In this document: one piece after another, positions 50,238 through 61,700 of the stretch
How the letters are laid out: each line of letters opens with the position of its first letter
Numbering within the stretch: the stretch's first letter is position 1
DNA from: Andalucia godoyi And28
Taxonomy: Eukaryota > Protista > Jakobida
Length of the DNA stretch: 64,000 bases
Reading direction: 5' to 3'
Assembly (NCBI GenBank): GCA_009859145.1
Contig: VRVR01000021.1
Location: 259,656-323,655 of the forward strand
The notes under the pieces: model-generated
What the model was told of the DNA's origin: nothing
Database searches by the model: none
What the model saw: only the letters and a program-made list of their open reading frames with translations
Position numbers and translations under genes: made by a program

Positions 50238-52415
50238 TCAGTGGCCATGAGGAGAATTCATCGATATGGAAGCCAGAAGATCCGCCACTTCTTGTTGAGC
50301 TTGTCGATGTGCTGCACTGCTGGCAACATCATCGTCAATATATGTGCTATGTACAATGCTCATGCCGTCGGACCGCTGCTGTCTGGACGTCGACCGCGAG
50401 TCTTCCGGATCGCTAGCCAGATCTGAAGCTTGATGCATCGTATCCTCAAACCGCCATAGTCTTTCGGAACCAGCAGTCGCGTCCGCATCCGTGTCCGCAC
50501 CAGCATCCGCATCCAAGTTCCGTAGCATGCCGCTATGTCGAAGGAACGACTCGATCGACGCAAGGTCGGCCGAAAAGTCCGAATCCTGAAAGTCGACTCG
50601 GAAACCTGCGTAGGGGAGAGCAGATGGAGTGCCAGAAGGCGGAGATGAGCCGATCCTCGACTGGTATTCTCTGCGACCCACCTCTCGATCAGTGTGCACT
50701 GCATAAGAGGGAGACCGGGTCGGTGGAGACGAAGCGGAGATTCGAGAACGAGACATGGGAGAAACAGTGGCAGACAATGCATTGTAAGATGATACTGCAG
50801 TCAGCGGAGGAGACGCATACAGCTTCGGCTTGAACGGGCACTCGCGGTGCAGCCGTGACTGTTCTTCAACAAGTTTGATTTGACGATTGATCTGCCGATG
50901 TGCTCCATCTTCTGCCAGACGAATGAGGAAGTCGTCTGACTCGGACTGCTTCTTGCTCGAAGAACCACCACCACCACCACCACTGTTGCAGCTGCTTGCG
51001 TTGTGGTTGCTGGTATTGTTCACGCTCTCTGGGAGTCGTGTCGGTCGAGGATTTGCGCTGCTAGCCAAACCTGGCCGCGACTTTCCTTCCGATTTGGACA
51101 CATCTTTTCCTCGCGGTGATTCATACAATGGCTTTCGCTTCGCATAGTGAGACGACGGATTAATCCTAGGCGAAAATGTGCATTCCACTTTCTGCACATC
51201 GAGTGCTTCCGAAGCCTGGAATCGCACAAGCCGCTGTCTTTCCGCATCTCTGTACAAGCTGTCAAACACTACTTGATTTGCAGCAGCCAGCGACCGGTCC
51301 GAAATTGCCTCGGATCTCGCAGATAGCGGCGGAGAAGATCTAAACGAAGAAAACCCGGTGACATGCGGAGCTGTATCGAAGGCATACACATGCGTTGCGG
51401 TGGACTCTGTGCCGTTTCCTAAGCTTCCCGTCGACGGGGACCCATGAATTCCTCCTCGGGACTCTGCTTGCGATTCCAGGGCGCTGATCTCCGCATACGC
51501 TTCCTTTCGCGAAAGTCGATCCAGGGCGTCGCGGTAGAGTCTCTCGGAGACCGGCGCATCGTAGACGAGAGCTGCGGACTGCGGGTTGATTCGCGGCGTA
51601 AAGAGCGAATCGGTCACAGAAGGGTCGATTTCTCCCTTGAGCTTCCGTTCAATGTGGTGCACAAAGTGATCATCCCAGTCTTTGACAACCGACTTGTACG
51701 ACGCGGCAAGCTCGATGATCTTGCGCGACCGCTTCGACATGAACTGATTACTCTCAGCCTTGATCTTCTGATCCTCCATCGCCACAAACTCTGCTCTTTT
51801 CTGCTCGAGTTTCTCTTCCTTCTTCCGCGCCCATGCGTTCAGCTTGTCTGCAATCCCACTCTGCGGCCTCTCCTTCTCCACCGCCGTCTTCCTGCCCTCG
51901 TCCGTCCCACCAACTCCAGCCAGCTCCTGTCTCCCACTCTCTGCATACATGTGTGTAAACGGATACGAGTCTGCATCATCGTACAAGTACTCATTATAAG
52001 ACAAGAACGGCGATGTCGATCCCGAGGCCGAGTCCTGTCCCTGTCCCTGAGCGTGTCCGTACCACTCACGAGGACTCCGACTCGTGCGTTCTCTCGCATA
52101 ACCACCACCATCATCCTTCCCGAGGCCGTCCTCCTCGCGGGATTCAGGATGAGGATGAGGATGAGAGTGAGAGTGAGAGTGATAATTATAAGCATGGTGC
52201 AATGGCGGAGTTCGTGCGCCGGGTCGTCGTGACAGCGAAGTGTCCGGGCGAAACGAGAGTTCCTTTGCCTGTTCCTTATCTCGCATCTCCTTTTCCCGCT
52301 CTGCAGCAATAGCACGCTTCTTGAGCTGTGACACACCCTTTGCATACAGATAGTGACCTCGATTGGAAAACGACGAGGACGACTCGGTCACGATCAGATC
52401 ATCATCATCTGCCAT
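50238..52415 (-). CDS. Low-complexity/coiled-coil protein with repeated (C/L)xFxPxI(N) motifs; probable cytoskeletal protein
   Basis: Motifs LSFRPDT, LFTPRIN, CTFSPRIN and CPFKPKL, each near short helices; likely start MADDDDL at 52415. Confidence 0.7.
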   Translation of the reverse strand: MADDDDLIVTESSSSFSNRGHYLYAKGVSQLKKRAIAAEREKEMRDKEQAKELSFRPDTSLSRRPGARTPPLHHAYNYHSHSHSHPHPHPESREEDGLGKDDGGGYARERTSRSPREWYGHAQGQGQDSASGSTSPFLSYNEYLYDDADSYPFTHMYAESGRQELAGVGGTDEGRKTAVEKERPQSGIADKLNAWARKKEEKLEQKRAEFVAMEDQKIKAESNQFMSKRSRKIIELAASYKSVVKDWDDHFVHHIERKLKGEIDPSVTDSLFTPRINPQSAALVYDAPVSERLYRDALDRLSRKEAYAEISALESQAESRGGIHGSPSTGSLGNGTESTATHVYAFDTAPHVTGFSSFRSSPPLSARSEAISDRSLAAANQVVFDSLYRDAERQRLVRFQASEALDVQKVECTFSPRINPSSHYAKRKPLYESPRGKDVSKSEGKSRPGLASSANPRPTRLPESVNNTSNHNASSCNSGGGGGGSSSKKQSESDDFLIRLAEDGAHRQINRQIKLVEEQSRLHRECPFKPKLYASPPLTAVSSYNALSATVSPMSRSRISASSPPTRSPSYAVHTDREVGRREYQSRIGSSPPSGTPSALPYAGFRVDFQDSDFSADLASIESFLRHSGMLRNLDADAGADTDADATAGSERLWRFEDTMHQASDLASDPEDSRSTSRQQRSDGMSIVHSTYIDDDVASSAAHRQAQQEVADLLASISMNSPHGH

Positions 52416-52871
52416 TTTCTTCTTTCTTCTTCTTCTTCTTCTTCTCTTTTTTTGACTATTCTTGTCGCGCCTTGATTCTTCTGCTCCTTTTCCTCTTGCT
52501 TTAGCGCACGGTGATCGGATGGTGTGCTGAATGAAGAAAACAAGAGCAGTATGATTTCGTTTTTTTAGTTGCACAGAGTTCGTTGAATTGGAAAATCTGG
52601 ATAAACGTTGCATTGGGGAAGACTGGACCGTTGAATAATGACACGTCATTGTCATGCATACGCAAGTATGAATAAACAGACACGGTCAATACTGGCCGAC
52701 GATAGCACGTTTGCTTCACAGGGACTTCGTGCTTACGCACGCTCGGCCAAAATTCAGCCGGTGACATAGGCTCTGCATTTTCGACGCTCTTTAACGCAGC
52801 ATCCATAGCCATCTATTCTATCATTCGTTGGTTTCACTCTTTTTGGTTTCACTCTTTTTATTCAAATATGG

Positions 52872-53070
52872 GCGTGGGCGCGCTGGGATGACGCATTCGC
52901 CTACGCTGCGCCTACGCCGCTCGATATGGGGCCTCCTAGGTCCGCAGACCTCCTAAGAGACCACGTGTCACTACGCCTGCTGCTAGGGCCGTCAGCATCA
53001 AAATGCACCCTTCTCAGGAACAACGTGTCACGCTGAGAAAGTGGCTCACCGATTGATCGAGATTGGAACG
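52872..53070 (+). pseudogene. Possible degenerate TnpB/Fanzor N-terminal (HTH) relic with an upstream hairpin
   Basis: Frame at 52940-53053 reads VRRPPKRPRVTTPAARAVSIKMHPSQEQRVTLRKWLTD then a stop; WN follows after a +1 shift; 9-bp hairpin at 52872-52906. The match is short and was judged by eye. Confidence 0.3.
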
Positions 53071-53353
53071 GAGCGTGGAGCGCGGAACATTTATCTGAAG
53101 AACGCCGTGAGACGTGTTGGGGCCGATCCCCTTCCCGGCAACGGGATGCATGATTGACTATGCATGTCTATTCGTAGATATGCATGTTCAGTGTATAATA
53201 TCGGAGTGGCGTTCACATCAATTGATGCTTAGCTTTCTACTCCCGCAATTCCGTCCCATTTCCGTTGTGTCGTGATATACTGAATGATACGTAAATTGTG
53301 CTTGGTTCTTCTGTCTTATTTATATATTGGTGTATACATTCTGGTGAAATGAG

Positions 53354-54184
53354 ATGAGTCAGGATAAGCCGACGTTTGCGCCAAAGATATCGTTTGCGCT
53401 GTCTGGATCGAAACAACGAGAGTCTTTGGCACCGCGTCGGACCGCGACCTTGGAAGCCGATGACGATCGCGATGGCGACACAGGATCAGGAACATGGTGT
53501 GCAAAGAGGCCGCTCAAGCGCGAGACCGTAGGGATATCGGATCAATGCATTGTCATGGAGCCGGATGCGAAACGGATTGCTTCACACCGTTCTTCACCTG
53601 CCGTAATCCAATGTCCCTCCACTACAGCCGACAATCAGCGACTACCGCCACCGCCACCGCCACCGCCACCGCCACCGCCACCGCCACCGTCTTTGCTTCG
53701 GCTGCGGAGAGTGCGTCCGGTGGAGGTGGAATGCGACGCGTCTGCATCGACCGTTGGAGATTCTAAGGGATCCATGTACGACCATGTTCCGGTGTCGGAG
53801 TTTGCGGCGCGCGTCTTAACAGGTCTTGGGTGGACCCCGGAGGCGACGGTTGAGGTGGATGCTGGCAGACTCATTGCGCTGGAGACTGCGGGCAATCGAC
53901 GAAGTGACCATGCGGGACTCGGCATCTCATCAAGCGAAGTCCCTTTTACGGCTGGTTCGTTCGTCCTTGTCCGCAACTCGCGTGTCGTCCAGCAAATGCC
54001 AGTCGTTGTCGCGAGAACCAAGACTGTGTTTGCAGAAGCACTTCTGGTCCAATACTCGGCGGCAAAAGAAGAAAAAATCAAGAAGAACGACTGCACTCTC
54101 ATCGATCTCTCCACCGCCTCTTCAGCCGTCGTAGCTGCTGTCCATACTCTGCGGGCTTCGCTGCCTCCGCTGCCGCTGCCGTAG
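53354..54184 (+). CDS. G-patch protein, Spp2/GPKOW(MOS2)-like splicing factor
   Basis: YDHVPVSEFAARVLTGLGW matches the Spp2-type G-patch; KOW-like AGSFVLVR; polyproline tract. Confidence 0.7.
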   Translation: MSQDKPTFAPKISFALSGSKQRESLAPRRTATLEADDDRDGDTGSGTWCAKRPLKRETVGISDQCIVMEPDAKRIASHRSSPAVIQCPSTTADNQRLPPPPPPPPPPPPPPPSLLRLRRVRPVEVECDASASTVGDSKGSMYDHVPVSEFAARVLTGLGWTPEATVEVDAGRLIALETAGNRRSDHAGLGISSSEVPFTAGSFVLVRNSRVVQQMPVVVARTKTVFAEALLVQYSAAKEEKIKKNDCTLIDLSTASSAVVAAVHTLRASLPPLPLP

Positions 54185-54409
54185 TGGGACTCCTTTCTTT
54201 TTCGCGTTTACGCAGCAAACGTTCCGAGTATTTTTCCTGTTCTGTTCTGTTTCATCTGTCATTCTTTCCTTTCGTTCTTTCCTTTCCTCCCCTTTCTGTT
54301 TCATCGCTTCTTGTTTTTGTTTTGTATTTGTGGTTTTGTGTAATTCAGCGAAAGACCACGCCCACACAGTCACCGAGGAGGACCACATTGACAAGAGAAA
54401 AAGGAGAAA

Positions 54410-56137
54410 ATGGTGTCAGCGAAGAAAAAGTCGATTCCGAGACCGACGGGAACAGCGCCGTATTATATGACTCGTAATGAAGCGCTGCGAAAGTTGCAAG
54501 TTTCTCTCAAAGACTTTCGGCGGCTGTGCATTTTGAAAGGAGTGTTTCCGCGTGATCCGCCCAAGAAGAAGAGTGGAAAAGACAAGGTTTACTATGCAGT
54601 GAAGGATATTACGTATCTCGCACACGAGCCGATTCTTGCAAAGTTCCGAGATCTAAAGGCGTGGATGAAGAAGTACCGTCGAGCTGTTGGACGAAAAGAG
54701 GAGAACATCGCTGATCGCTTGACGGAGAACAAGCCCATGTATACGCTCGACCATTTGATTCGGGAAAGATACCCGACTTTTGAATCTGCGCTCGCAGATT
54801 TAGATGATGCACTCAGCTTGGTCCATTTGTTTGCGCGGCTTCCTTCGACTGCATCGATTGATCGAGAAAAACATGTTGTCCCGTGCGAGCAACTTGTTGC
54901 GCACTGGCAATTCATCACAACTCGTATGCGGGCGCTGCAAAAGTGTTTTGTTGCTGTGAAGGGTGTGTATTATCAAGCACACGTTCGAGGACAGGCAATC
55001 ACATACATTGTCCCTCACGAGACAGCGCAGCAAAATACTGCAGAAGGGCTCGTAGACTACAAGATTCTGCTTACGTTTTTGGAGTTTTACACTGTATTGA
55101 CGAAGTTTGTCCTTTTCCGTTTGTTCAAGGATCAGGGTTTGCAGTATCCCCCCGTCGCCGATCTCGAGCAAGGCACCTCCTTCTCGCATTTGCAGGTCGT
55201 GGAAAGACAGGATTCCACGGTGCATGCAGGTGCTGCTGAAGACGAGGATGGTGCAGTTGGTGCTAATGGTGTGGCCCAGGCCGCATCCGTCGGTCTCGGT
55301 ACAGACGGAAGAAAATCTGTCTTTGAAGGGCTTCGTGTGGCATTCGGCCGCGAATGTCCGTGTCAGATGATGGAGCTCCTGATTCGAGGCGCTGGCGGAA
55401 TCGTTGATGAAAAGGGTGCAACGCATGTTGTTGTTGACCGTCCTGCTCTCAATATTTCGGTCTTCCCGCAGTTGTCCAAGCGTTTCAATGGCTCTGTTGC
55501 AGAGATGTCCAAGGCTGTCGAAATTGTCCAGCCACAGTGGATTGTCGATTCTTTCAACTGGAATTTCCGACTTCCGGTTTCCGAGTTCGCCCTCGGAAAG
55601 CCACTCCCGCCGCACCTCTCCCCGTTTGTGGATTACGAAAAGGAAGGATACGTTCCTGAGCGCTACAAGGAACTTTTGAGAATCACTCAAGGAGCATCTG
55701 CGGCATCTGCAATGGATTTGCCGTCAAATGAAGAAAATGCACGTCGCACGAAGCCAGCTAAAGTTCCGAGAATGGCGGTTGCAGCCAAGGATGGGGCGGC
55801 CTCACGCAAGCGCGGACGCGAGGATGACTCGGTTGGTGTCGAGGATGAAGTCGTTGTTGACGCTGACTCGAGTGATGACGAAGACGTGCAGGGTTCGATC
55901 GTCGACTCGTCGGATGACGAGATTGACGAGGACGAGGATCTTGAAATCGAGGGAGAGCTCAAGGATGCGCTGCCGGATGCACGTCAGCTCAAGGCGGAGG
56001 AGCGCGAACGCAGAAAGTTGATGCTTCCGAGAAAGAAGCAGAAGCTGTACAATGCCATGCAGATGAGCCAAGAAAAGAAGCGCCGCAATGTCGAGAAGCT
56101 TGTCAAGAAGGCCAAAATTGCGAAGAGTGCCAAGTAG
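54410..56137 (+). CDS. PES1: Pescadillo homologue (60S biogenesis)
   Basis: YMTRNEALRKLQVSLKDFRRLCILKGVFPRDP, IRERYPTFESALADLDDALSL, BRCT with QPQWIVDSFN, LPPHLSPFV. Confidence 0.97.
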   Translation: MVSAKKKSIPRPTGTAPYYMTRNEALRKLQVSLKDFRRLCILKGVFPRDPPKKKSGKDKVYYAVKDITYLAHEPILAKFRDLKAWMKKYRRAVGRKEENIADRLTENKPMYTLDHLIRERYPTFESALADLDDALSLVHLFARLPSTASIDREKHVVPCEQLVAHWQFITTRMRALQKCFVAVKGVYYQAHVRGQAITYIVPHETAQQNTAEGLVDYKILLTFLEFYTVLTKFVLFRLFKDQGLQYPPVADLEQGTSFSHLQVVERQDSTVHAGAAEDEDGAVGANGVAQAASVGLGTDGRKSVFEGLRVAFGRECPCQMMELLIRGAGGIVDEKGATHVVVDRPALNISVFPQLSKRFNGSVAEMSKAVEIVQPQWIVDSFNWNFRLPVSEFALGKPLPPHLSPFVDYEKEGYVPERYKELLRITQGASAASAMDLPSNEENARRTKPAKVPRMAVAAKDGAASRKRGREDDSVGVEDEVVVDADSSDDEDVQGSIVDSSDDEIDEDEDLEIEGELKDALPDARQLKAEERERRKLMLPRKKQKLYNAMQMSQEKKRRNVEKLVKKAKIAKSAK

Positions 56138-56441
56138 ATGGTTCAGGAATATGCGTGTGTGTTGGGAGGCGGTTTGTTCTTTCCTTGTTTTTAATAGCGG
56201 ATCAAAGCTAGCTGTGTAGTGCTGTACAATTATCGTCATATAATACAATAGGTGAACAATTCAAATGAAAAATGGGTAACCATAAAGCCAACCCCCCCCC
56301 CCCCCCCCCCAAAAAAAAAAAGAAAGAAAGAAAAAACATAATAAAAAATAAGAGGGATGATGTCGTCGGTGTCGGAGAGGAAAGGGAGGAAGGAAGGGAG
56401 CAAGACAACCCTGGAAACAAAATCGTTCACCAGGCCTGGTC

Positions 56442-57887
56442 TTATTCGACGACCAAGCTGGAGCCTGTCCACGCGATCTTCCGAAAGCCGTTCAGCGAGA
56501 ATACATTCATTTCGGAGAACATGGGGGCACAGTGCATCGTGCGGAGCCAAGTGCAGAACATGCCAAGAAGAACTGCTGGGATTTCACCTTTGAGAACCAT
56601 GTGGAGCTTGTTGTCGGATTTCAACAGCGGACAAAATGACACTGGGGAGTTTGTGGAATGGAGAAACAGGTCCGATGAGCGGACGCACAACGCTGGGATT
56701 GTTGGAGTGACCGCGGCGTTCATTGACAGCGGAGTCAAGGGTTTTGATGCAGGTGTCGATGCTGAGACCAGCAGCTGCACGATCTTTGGGAGGGTCTCGA
56801 GTACCGAAGAAGACCCTCGGACGACGAAGGACACCTGTTGTCCGTCCTTTGGACTGATCGAAACCGAGTTCGACATTCTCTCGAGATGAAAATCACTGGG
56901 AAGTGAATTGGCGACGGAAACGGGACAGCAAGACCAAACGAGAACCAGGTCATGTCCGACAAGATGTTTCTGAACCCAAGCTGGAGACGCCATGCCGTCA
57001 GCAAACGTCTCGGACGCACAGCCTCCTTCCAGATCGAGCGGCGCGAACGAATCAATCAGCGATTGTGAAAAGACTCCAACCGAGCCCATCGTAGCATGCT
57101 CCCAGACTGCGAAGAAGACGGACGCTTCGGAAGAATGCTCACTGTCCACGACTCCAAACAAATCACGCACGTTCTCGACAATGCATTTGCTGGCTGTTTC
57201 GACTTTTTGAATGTCCAGGTCATCGCAAACAAAGTGAGAGAGCAGGCGCGCAGCATCTCGTTTGCTGGATGGAAGTGCACAGATTGCCGATCCAAGGCGC
57301 TTGCCGATACTCGATTCCAAACCGGAGACGATCGCCTGCAGATCGGGCAGTTCCAAATTTGCACTTGGAATGGTGAACCGCACCTCGTTTTTGCATGTTT
57401 TTACGCAAAACGGCGGAGGCAAATCCGAGGGGCCGGCGACCGAAGACTGCGATAGTGTCTGGGAACCGCTGGTCGTATTCTGACTCTGCGAAGCCTGCAA
57501 GACGTATCCACGGGAAGTCCGCGACGCGAAGTTTGTTGGGGTGGTTCTGGACTTCTTTGGCCGAGGACCGGAGAGCCCAGCCTCGTCTTTCGAGTGCCTT
57601 GGCGAAGCAGGGAAGTCCTGCGACATGCAGTCATCGATTGTCGAACACCGCGAATTGCTGGCTGGAGGAATGTTCTCATTCCACGGATTCATCGATGCCG
57701 AGTTTGTAACTGGAGTGGACAACGACGACGACGAAGAAGAAGAAAAGGCTATGGTCGATGTACTTAGAGATAGGGTCGAGGGAACTCTTCGAAACGGCTC
57801 AAACGACGGAGTCCGAGCAGGTCGCCTGATTGCAGGAGTGAGCAGATCCGACAGCGAGGAAAACGAACGTCCTAGATCAGCAGCCAT
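56442..57887 (-). CDS. Hypothetical protein (481 aa), Ser-rich N-terminal half
   Basis: Long ORF; likely start MAADLGRS at 57887, because the upstream in-frame extension runs through non-coding repeats. Confidence 0.65.
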   Translation of the reverse strand: MAADLGRSFSSLSDLLTPAIRRPARTPSFEPFRRVPSTLSLSTSTIAFSSSSSSSLSTPVTNSASMNPWNENIPPASNSRCSTIDDCMSQDFPASPRHSKDEAGLSGPRPKKSRTTPTNFASRTSRGYVLQASQSQNTTSGSQTLSQSSVAGPSDLPPPFCVKTCKNEVRFTIPSANLELPDLQAIVSGLESSIGKRLGSAICALPSSKRDAARLLSHFVCDDLDIQKVETASKCIVENVRDLFGVVDSEHSSEASVFFAVWEHATMGSVGVFSQSLIDSFAPLDLEGGCASETFADGMASPAWVQKHLVGHDLVLVWSCCPVSVANSLPSDFHLERMSNSVSISPKDGQQVSFVVRGSSSVLETLPKIVQLLVSASTPASKPLTPLSMNAAVTPTIPALCVRSSDLFLHSTNSPVSFCPLLKSDNKLHMVLKGEIPAVLLGMFCTWLRTMHCAPMFSEMNVFSLNGFRKIAWTGSSLVVE

Positions 57888-57966
57888 GTTGATGAAGTCA
57901 CTGAATGAATGATCGACTTGTAATAACAATAAATGAAACCAAAAACCAAAAACCAAAAATAAAAGA

Positions 57967-58021
57967 AATGAAACAGACAGAAATGAAACAGACAGGAATG
58001 AAACAGACAGGAATGAAACAG
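57967..58021 (+). repeat. 15-bp tandem repeat AATGAAACAGACAG(A/G), about 3.7 copies
   Basis: Read directly from the sequence. Confidence 0.9.
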
Positions 58022-58201
58022 AAAGAAGGGAAAAGACGAGCATTGAAATTCGCAGACTTGAGTTCCCGCGCAGAATGGTTATGGCGGCAGTTTTGAGGAT
58101 CAGAACAAACGATGGGCGCCTGAGCGGGGCATTTTCAGCAAACCAATTTGCGGCGATATTTTCCATTTTTGTGCTTTCTTTCTGAACTCCGCTCGCCAAA
58201 A

Positions 58202-58609
58202 ACATGAAATCATTATTGATCATCGGAGAAGCTGCAACCGAAGACAGATCCAAGCCACATGTGTTTTGTTTTTTTATTTATTTATTTGAGGGGCCGAGCA
58301 CCAACTCTTCAATGCAAATTGCTCTGCATCAATGGGGGTCATCGCTTCTTCTTACTCTCCGCCTCCAACGAGACAGAATCAACGGGTTCCTTGGTTCTCG
58401 GTATCTTCGGACCATGGCCGGTTTGAGTTTGGTGGGAAGGTCCCCCTTTGGAGCCATGAGATGTTTTCACCTTTGTCTTTGACGAGGTGTTGCTTGAGGG
58501 TTCGATTAAAAAATGTAAAAAAAACAAAAAAAAAAAAGAAAATAATAGAGAGAAGAAGAAAAGTGAAGAGCGAAAGAGATACCGGACTTGACTACGGTAA
58601 GAAAAATCG
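58202..58609 (-). ncRNA. Conserved structured non-coding element, copy 2 (paralogue at 9656-10055); class unknown
   Basis: Same block order as copy 1; 58402-58467 is identical to 9862-9927; it ends about 180 nt upstream of the Dicer-like ATG. Confidence 0.55.
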
Positions 58610-58787
58610 CAACCCAAAGGGTTAGATCAGCAAAACTTTCCGGTATGATGCTGTTTGTTGGATGTTCATCGACAAAACAGTCCACCGTTAGCCATTTTAT
58701 CATCCGCTATTTCTTCTCGCAGCAGCTTTCTTCTTGTCCTTCTCTCTTTCACTTACCTTCTCTGTGACATGGCGCTGTGTCGATATC

Positions 58788-61700
58788 ATGTACAGTGGTG
58801 GTAGTGGTGGTGGTGGCGGGAGTTCGTACGGCGGATATGCTGCGAGTCCAAGCCAGACGCACAAGTTGCATGTGTACCGCACTTCGTTTGGGACGTCTGC
58901 GCAGCTGCAAATCCCGCTGCGGGACAAGTTTCTTCGCCCACACTCATCGTCGTATATAACAGGATTTTGCATTGTTTCGCACTCGCCTGCGTTTCATGTC
59001 TCGGACTATGCACTGGCTCCAATTTGCCATCCTGAGGCCCTCGAGTATCCGTGCAGTGTTACGGTGGATCCATGCCTGGTTGAAGGCGTGCTGCCGCAAA
59101 CGACATTTAGACGGTGTCCATGGATTCGGGCGCATGTTGATGATGCAGAGCTGGAATCCGTGGTGTTGACGCGAGACGAGGTTCAAGTGCTGGTCGATTT
59201 TCACAATGCGTGGTTTGTCAAGCTGTTGAGCTGTTCAACTGGTGCTCACCGACTCGTGTCCCAGCACCCGTTGTTCATGAGTGTCGAGTCCGCAAGCCCG
59301 TTTATCGGGAAGCCAGTTGTGTGCCCTCTTGTAGACGGCAAGCTGAATGTTCCTGCAATGGCTGTTTTGCTGGGAAAAGGAACGGAAGTCTCCATCAGCA
59401 GAGTGGCCCGCGCATTCCATCCTTCGCAGACCGTCCAGTCTCTCAGTTCACAAGATGCATTTTCCGCCAATGACGTCGATGAGCTGGCATCGATGCACAG
59501 AATTCTCTCCCAGCAAGAATGGACTGCGTTTGAGTCTGTAGTCCGGAGTTGCGTGCTGGTTCCCGGCCGCGACACTCGGAGCGTTTACATTTGCAAGCGG
59601 TTCCCGGACCGCGAGCACGTTTCTCTATCCATTGGTACCACTGTTGTTACTCCCACTCCCACGTTGTCTTCTACGTCTATGTCTACGTCCTCCATCACGA
59701 AGACGCCCGTCTCGACTCTCAATGCGACACAAAGTCGGGAGTTCCATGACCACATGGATCGCGTGTACGTCATACCGTTTCCAGTGGAGTTGTTCAAGTT
59801 CTCACGGGCACTAGCGAGCATTCTTTCCAGATGCACCAGAAGCATCCATCATTTTGAAGCCATTCAGAAGCAGGCGCTGTCTCCTTTCAGGATCCGCTTC
59901 CGGGATTCCAATCGGTACCTTCTTCGAAGAGCGTTCACCCACAAATCCTTTATATCCCCGTCGGATCGGCTCCTGAGTGCCGATCCGATGCCTGGCCATC
60001 AGTTGGAAAGAGATTATGAGCAGCTGGAGTTTCTGGGCGATGCTCTTCTGCAGCTGGTGCTCTCGGATCGCGTGGCAAGACTGTATCAGTACCTGACGTC
60101 TGTGAAGCGCGAGCGCATTTCGGATTCATTCTTTTATCGCTGGTTCAAGTTTTATGCTCGAAATTCAACCATTGAAAAGGCCATGATCACCAAGTTCGGC
60201 TGGAACCCGTCGACGCTGCTGACGATCCGAGGAAATCACGACGACAGCCGAGCCGTAATTTCGGATTGTTTCGAGGCGTTTCTAGCGGCCGTTTTTCTTG
60301 ATTCTGGCCTTGCAATGGATCGGGTTGTGTACATTGTGGATAACGCACTTTTGTTTTCGATGGATTGTGACATTGTGACCGACGACCGTTTCCGCCTCGA
60401 TTCGACGGTGTGGCGATCTGCACTGGCCGACAATCGACAGAGTTCCATGAATGTGTCTATTGCTTCTTCAAAGATGCACAGCTATTTAGGGAGTTCGTCT
60501 GTTACTGTGGACTCTCTTCGCCCTTTCCTTGGAGAGACTCTAATGAACAGACTTTCCCCAACCGATGCAGAATCTCTGCGTCCGCTGCTGGTGGAGTGTC
60601 TGGCGTTTAACTTGCCTTGCTACCCGCACGAGAAGCGAACAAATGACTGTCTGAATGATGTGCGCCGAGCTGTTCTCGATCCCGGGGATCCTGTGGTCCC
60701 TGCATCCTTCCTGCGATTCCGACTTGTTGGACAGTCGCTCTTGCGCCTCTCGACTGTGCTGTGGCTATTTCTTGGGGCCTTCCGCGGACCGATACAGGCA
60801 TTTGCGAATTCCGGCGGAAGCTGGGCGGACGACGAATCGCAGGTGTCGGAGAAGACATATATTGCGAATCGCATGTATTTTTACTCTCACGAGCTTCGCG
60901 CAAAGCTGAATGCGGCACTGACGGAGCATCGGATGTGGGATCATGTCACCAGAACAGAGGATTCATACGCGCTGTTCGGAAAAGAGTGGAAGCAAAAGTT
61001 TCCTGCGGCTTCCTCGCGAAACTTATCACACCTCAGTGGTTCGCAGTACGAAGCGTTGTATTTCTGCATCCTGGCGGTTTGGGGCGGATTTTTTATGCAC
61101 TATGATGGGGTATCCGACGTTGCAAATCCAGTTCTCTCGTTCTCTTCGGCGACGAAGCAGCCAGCATGTTCTGTCTGCAACATGCCCCATTCCAATTTGT
61201 TCGCCTGTTTCATGTGCAAGTTCTTCTTCAGTCAGCGCCAGGGTTGGGCCATGGCCCTCGATTACAGCGAGTCTGCGTCAAAGCATGCCACCCACATTCT
61301 CACCCAGCGATTCCTTCCCCTGGGAACCATTCGTGGCACCACCACGAATCCCGTGTCCCGTCCGAGTTCCTATGGGTTTCGCCAGAACTCCGAGCATTCT
61401 TCTTTCAAAAGCCAGGTTTGGATTGACGGTCATGAAATCGCATCTGCAGAGGATGTGCATCCACTGCAGTGTGAGCGTCTGGCAGTCCAGCGAGGCTATG
61501 CAATCTTGACATTTCTGCGAAGGCTCGCGTATCGAGAATATGGTCGTTCCTCCACGCGAGAGAGCACGGGGCTCTCCGCGAATCCGCATGACGTCCATGA
61601 CGTTCCGTTGTTCGATTCTGAAGAGGGCGGATCATCGGAGGATGAGGGGGCCGAGGATGCGTATGCTCGCGTGATGAAACATGGCCAGTTTGAGTTTGAT

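Noticed and set aside
52416-52655. Upstream extension of the 805-aa ORF (poly-Arg/Lys)
   Set aside because: Derived from an (AAG)n-type 5' flank; the real start is likely MADDDD at 52415.
57888-58253. N-terminal extension of the 603-aa ORF with a hydrophobic LSVSF repeat
   Set aside because: It is the translation of a non-coding 15-bp tandem repeat and T-rich spacer; 57887 is the more plausible start.
58618-58625. CTAACCCT (minus strand) as a telomerase RNA template
   Set aside because: Only 8 nt long and absent from the paralogous copy; expected by chance.
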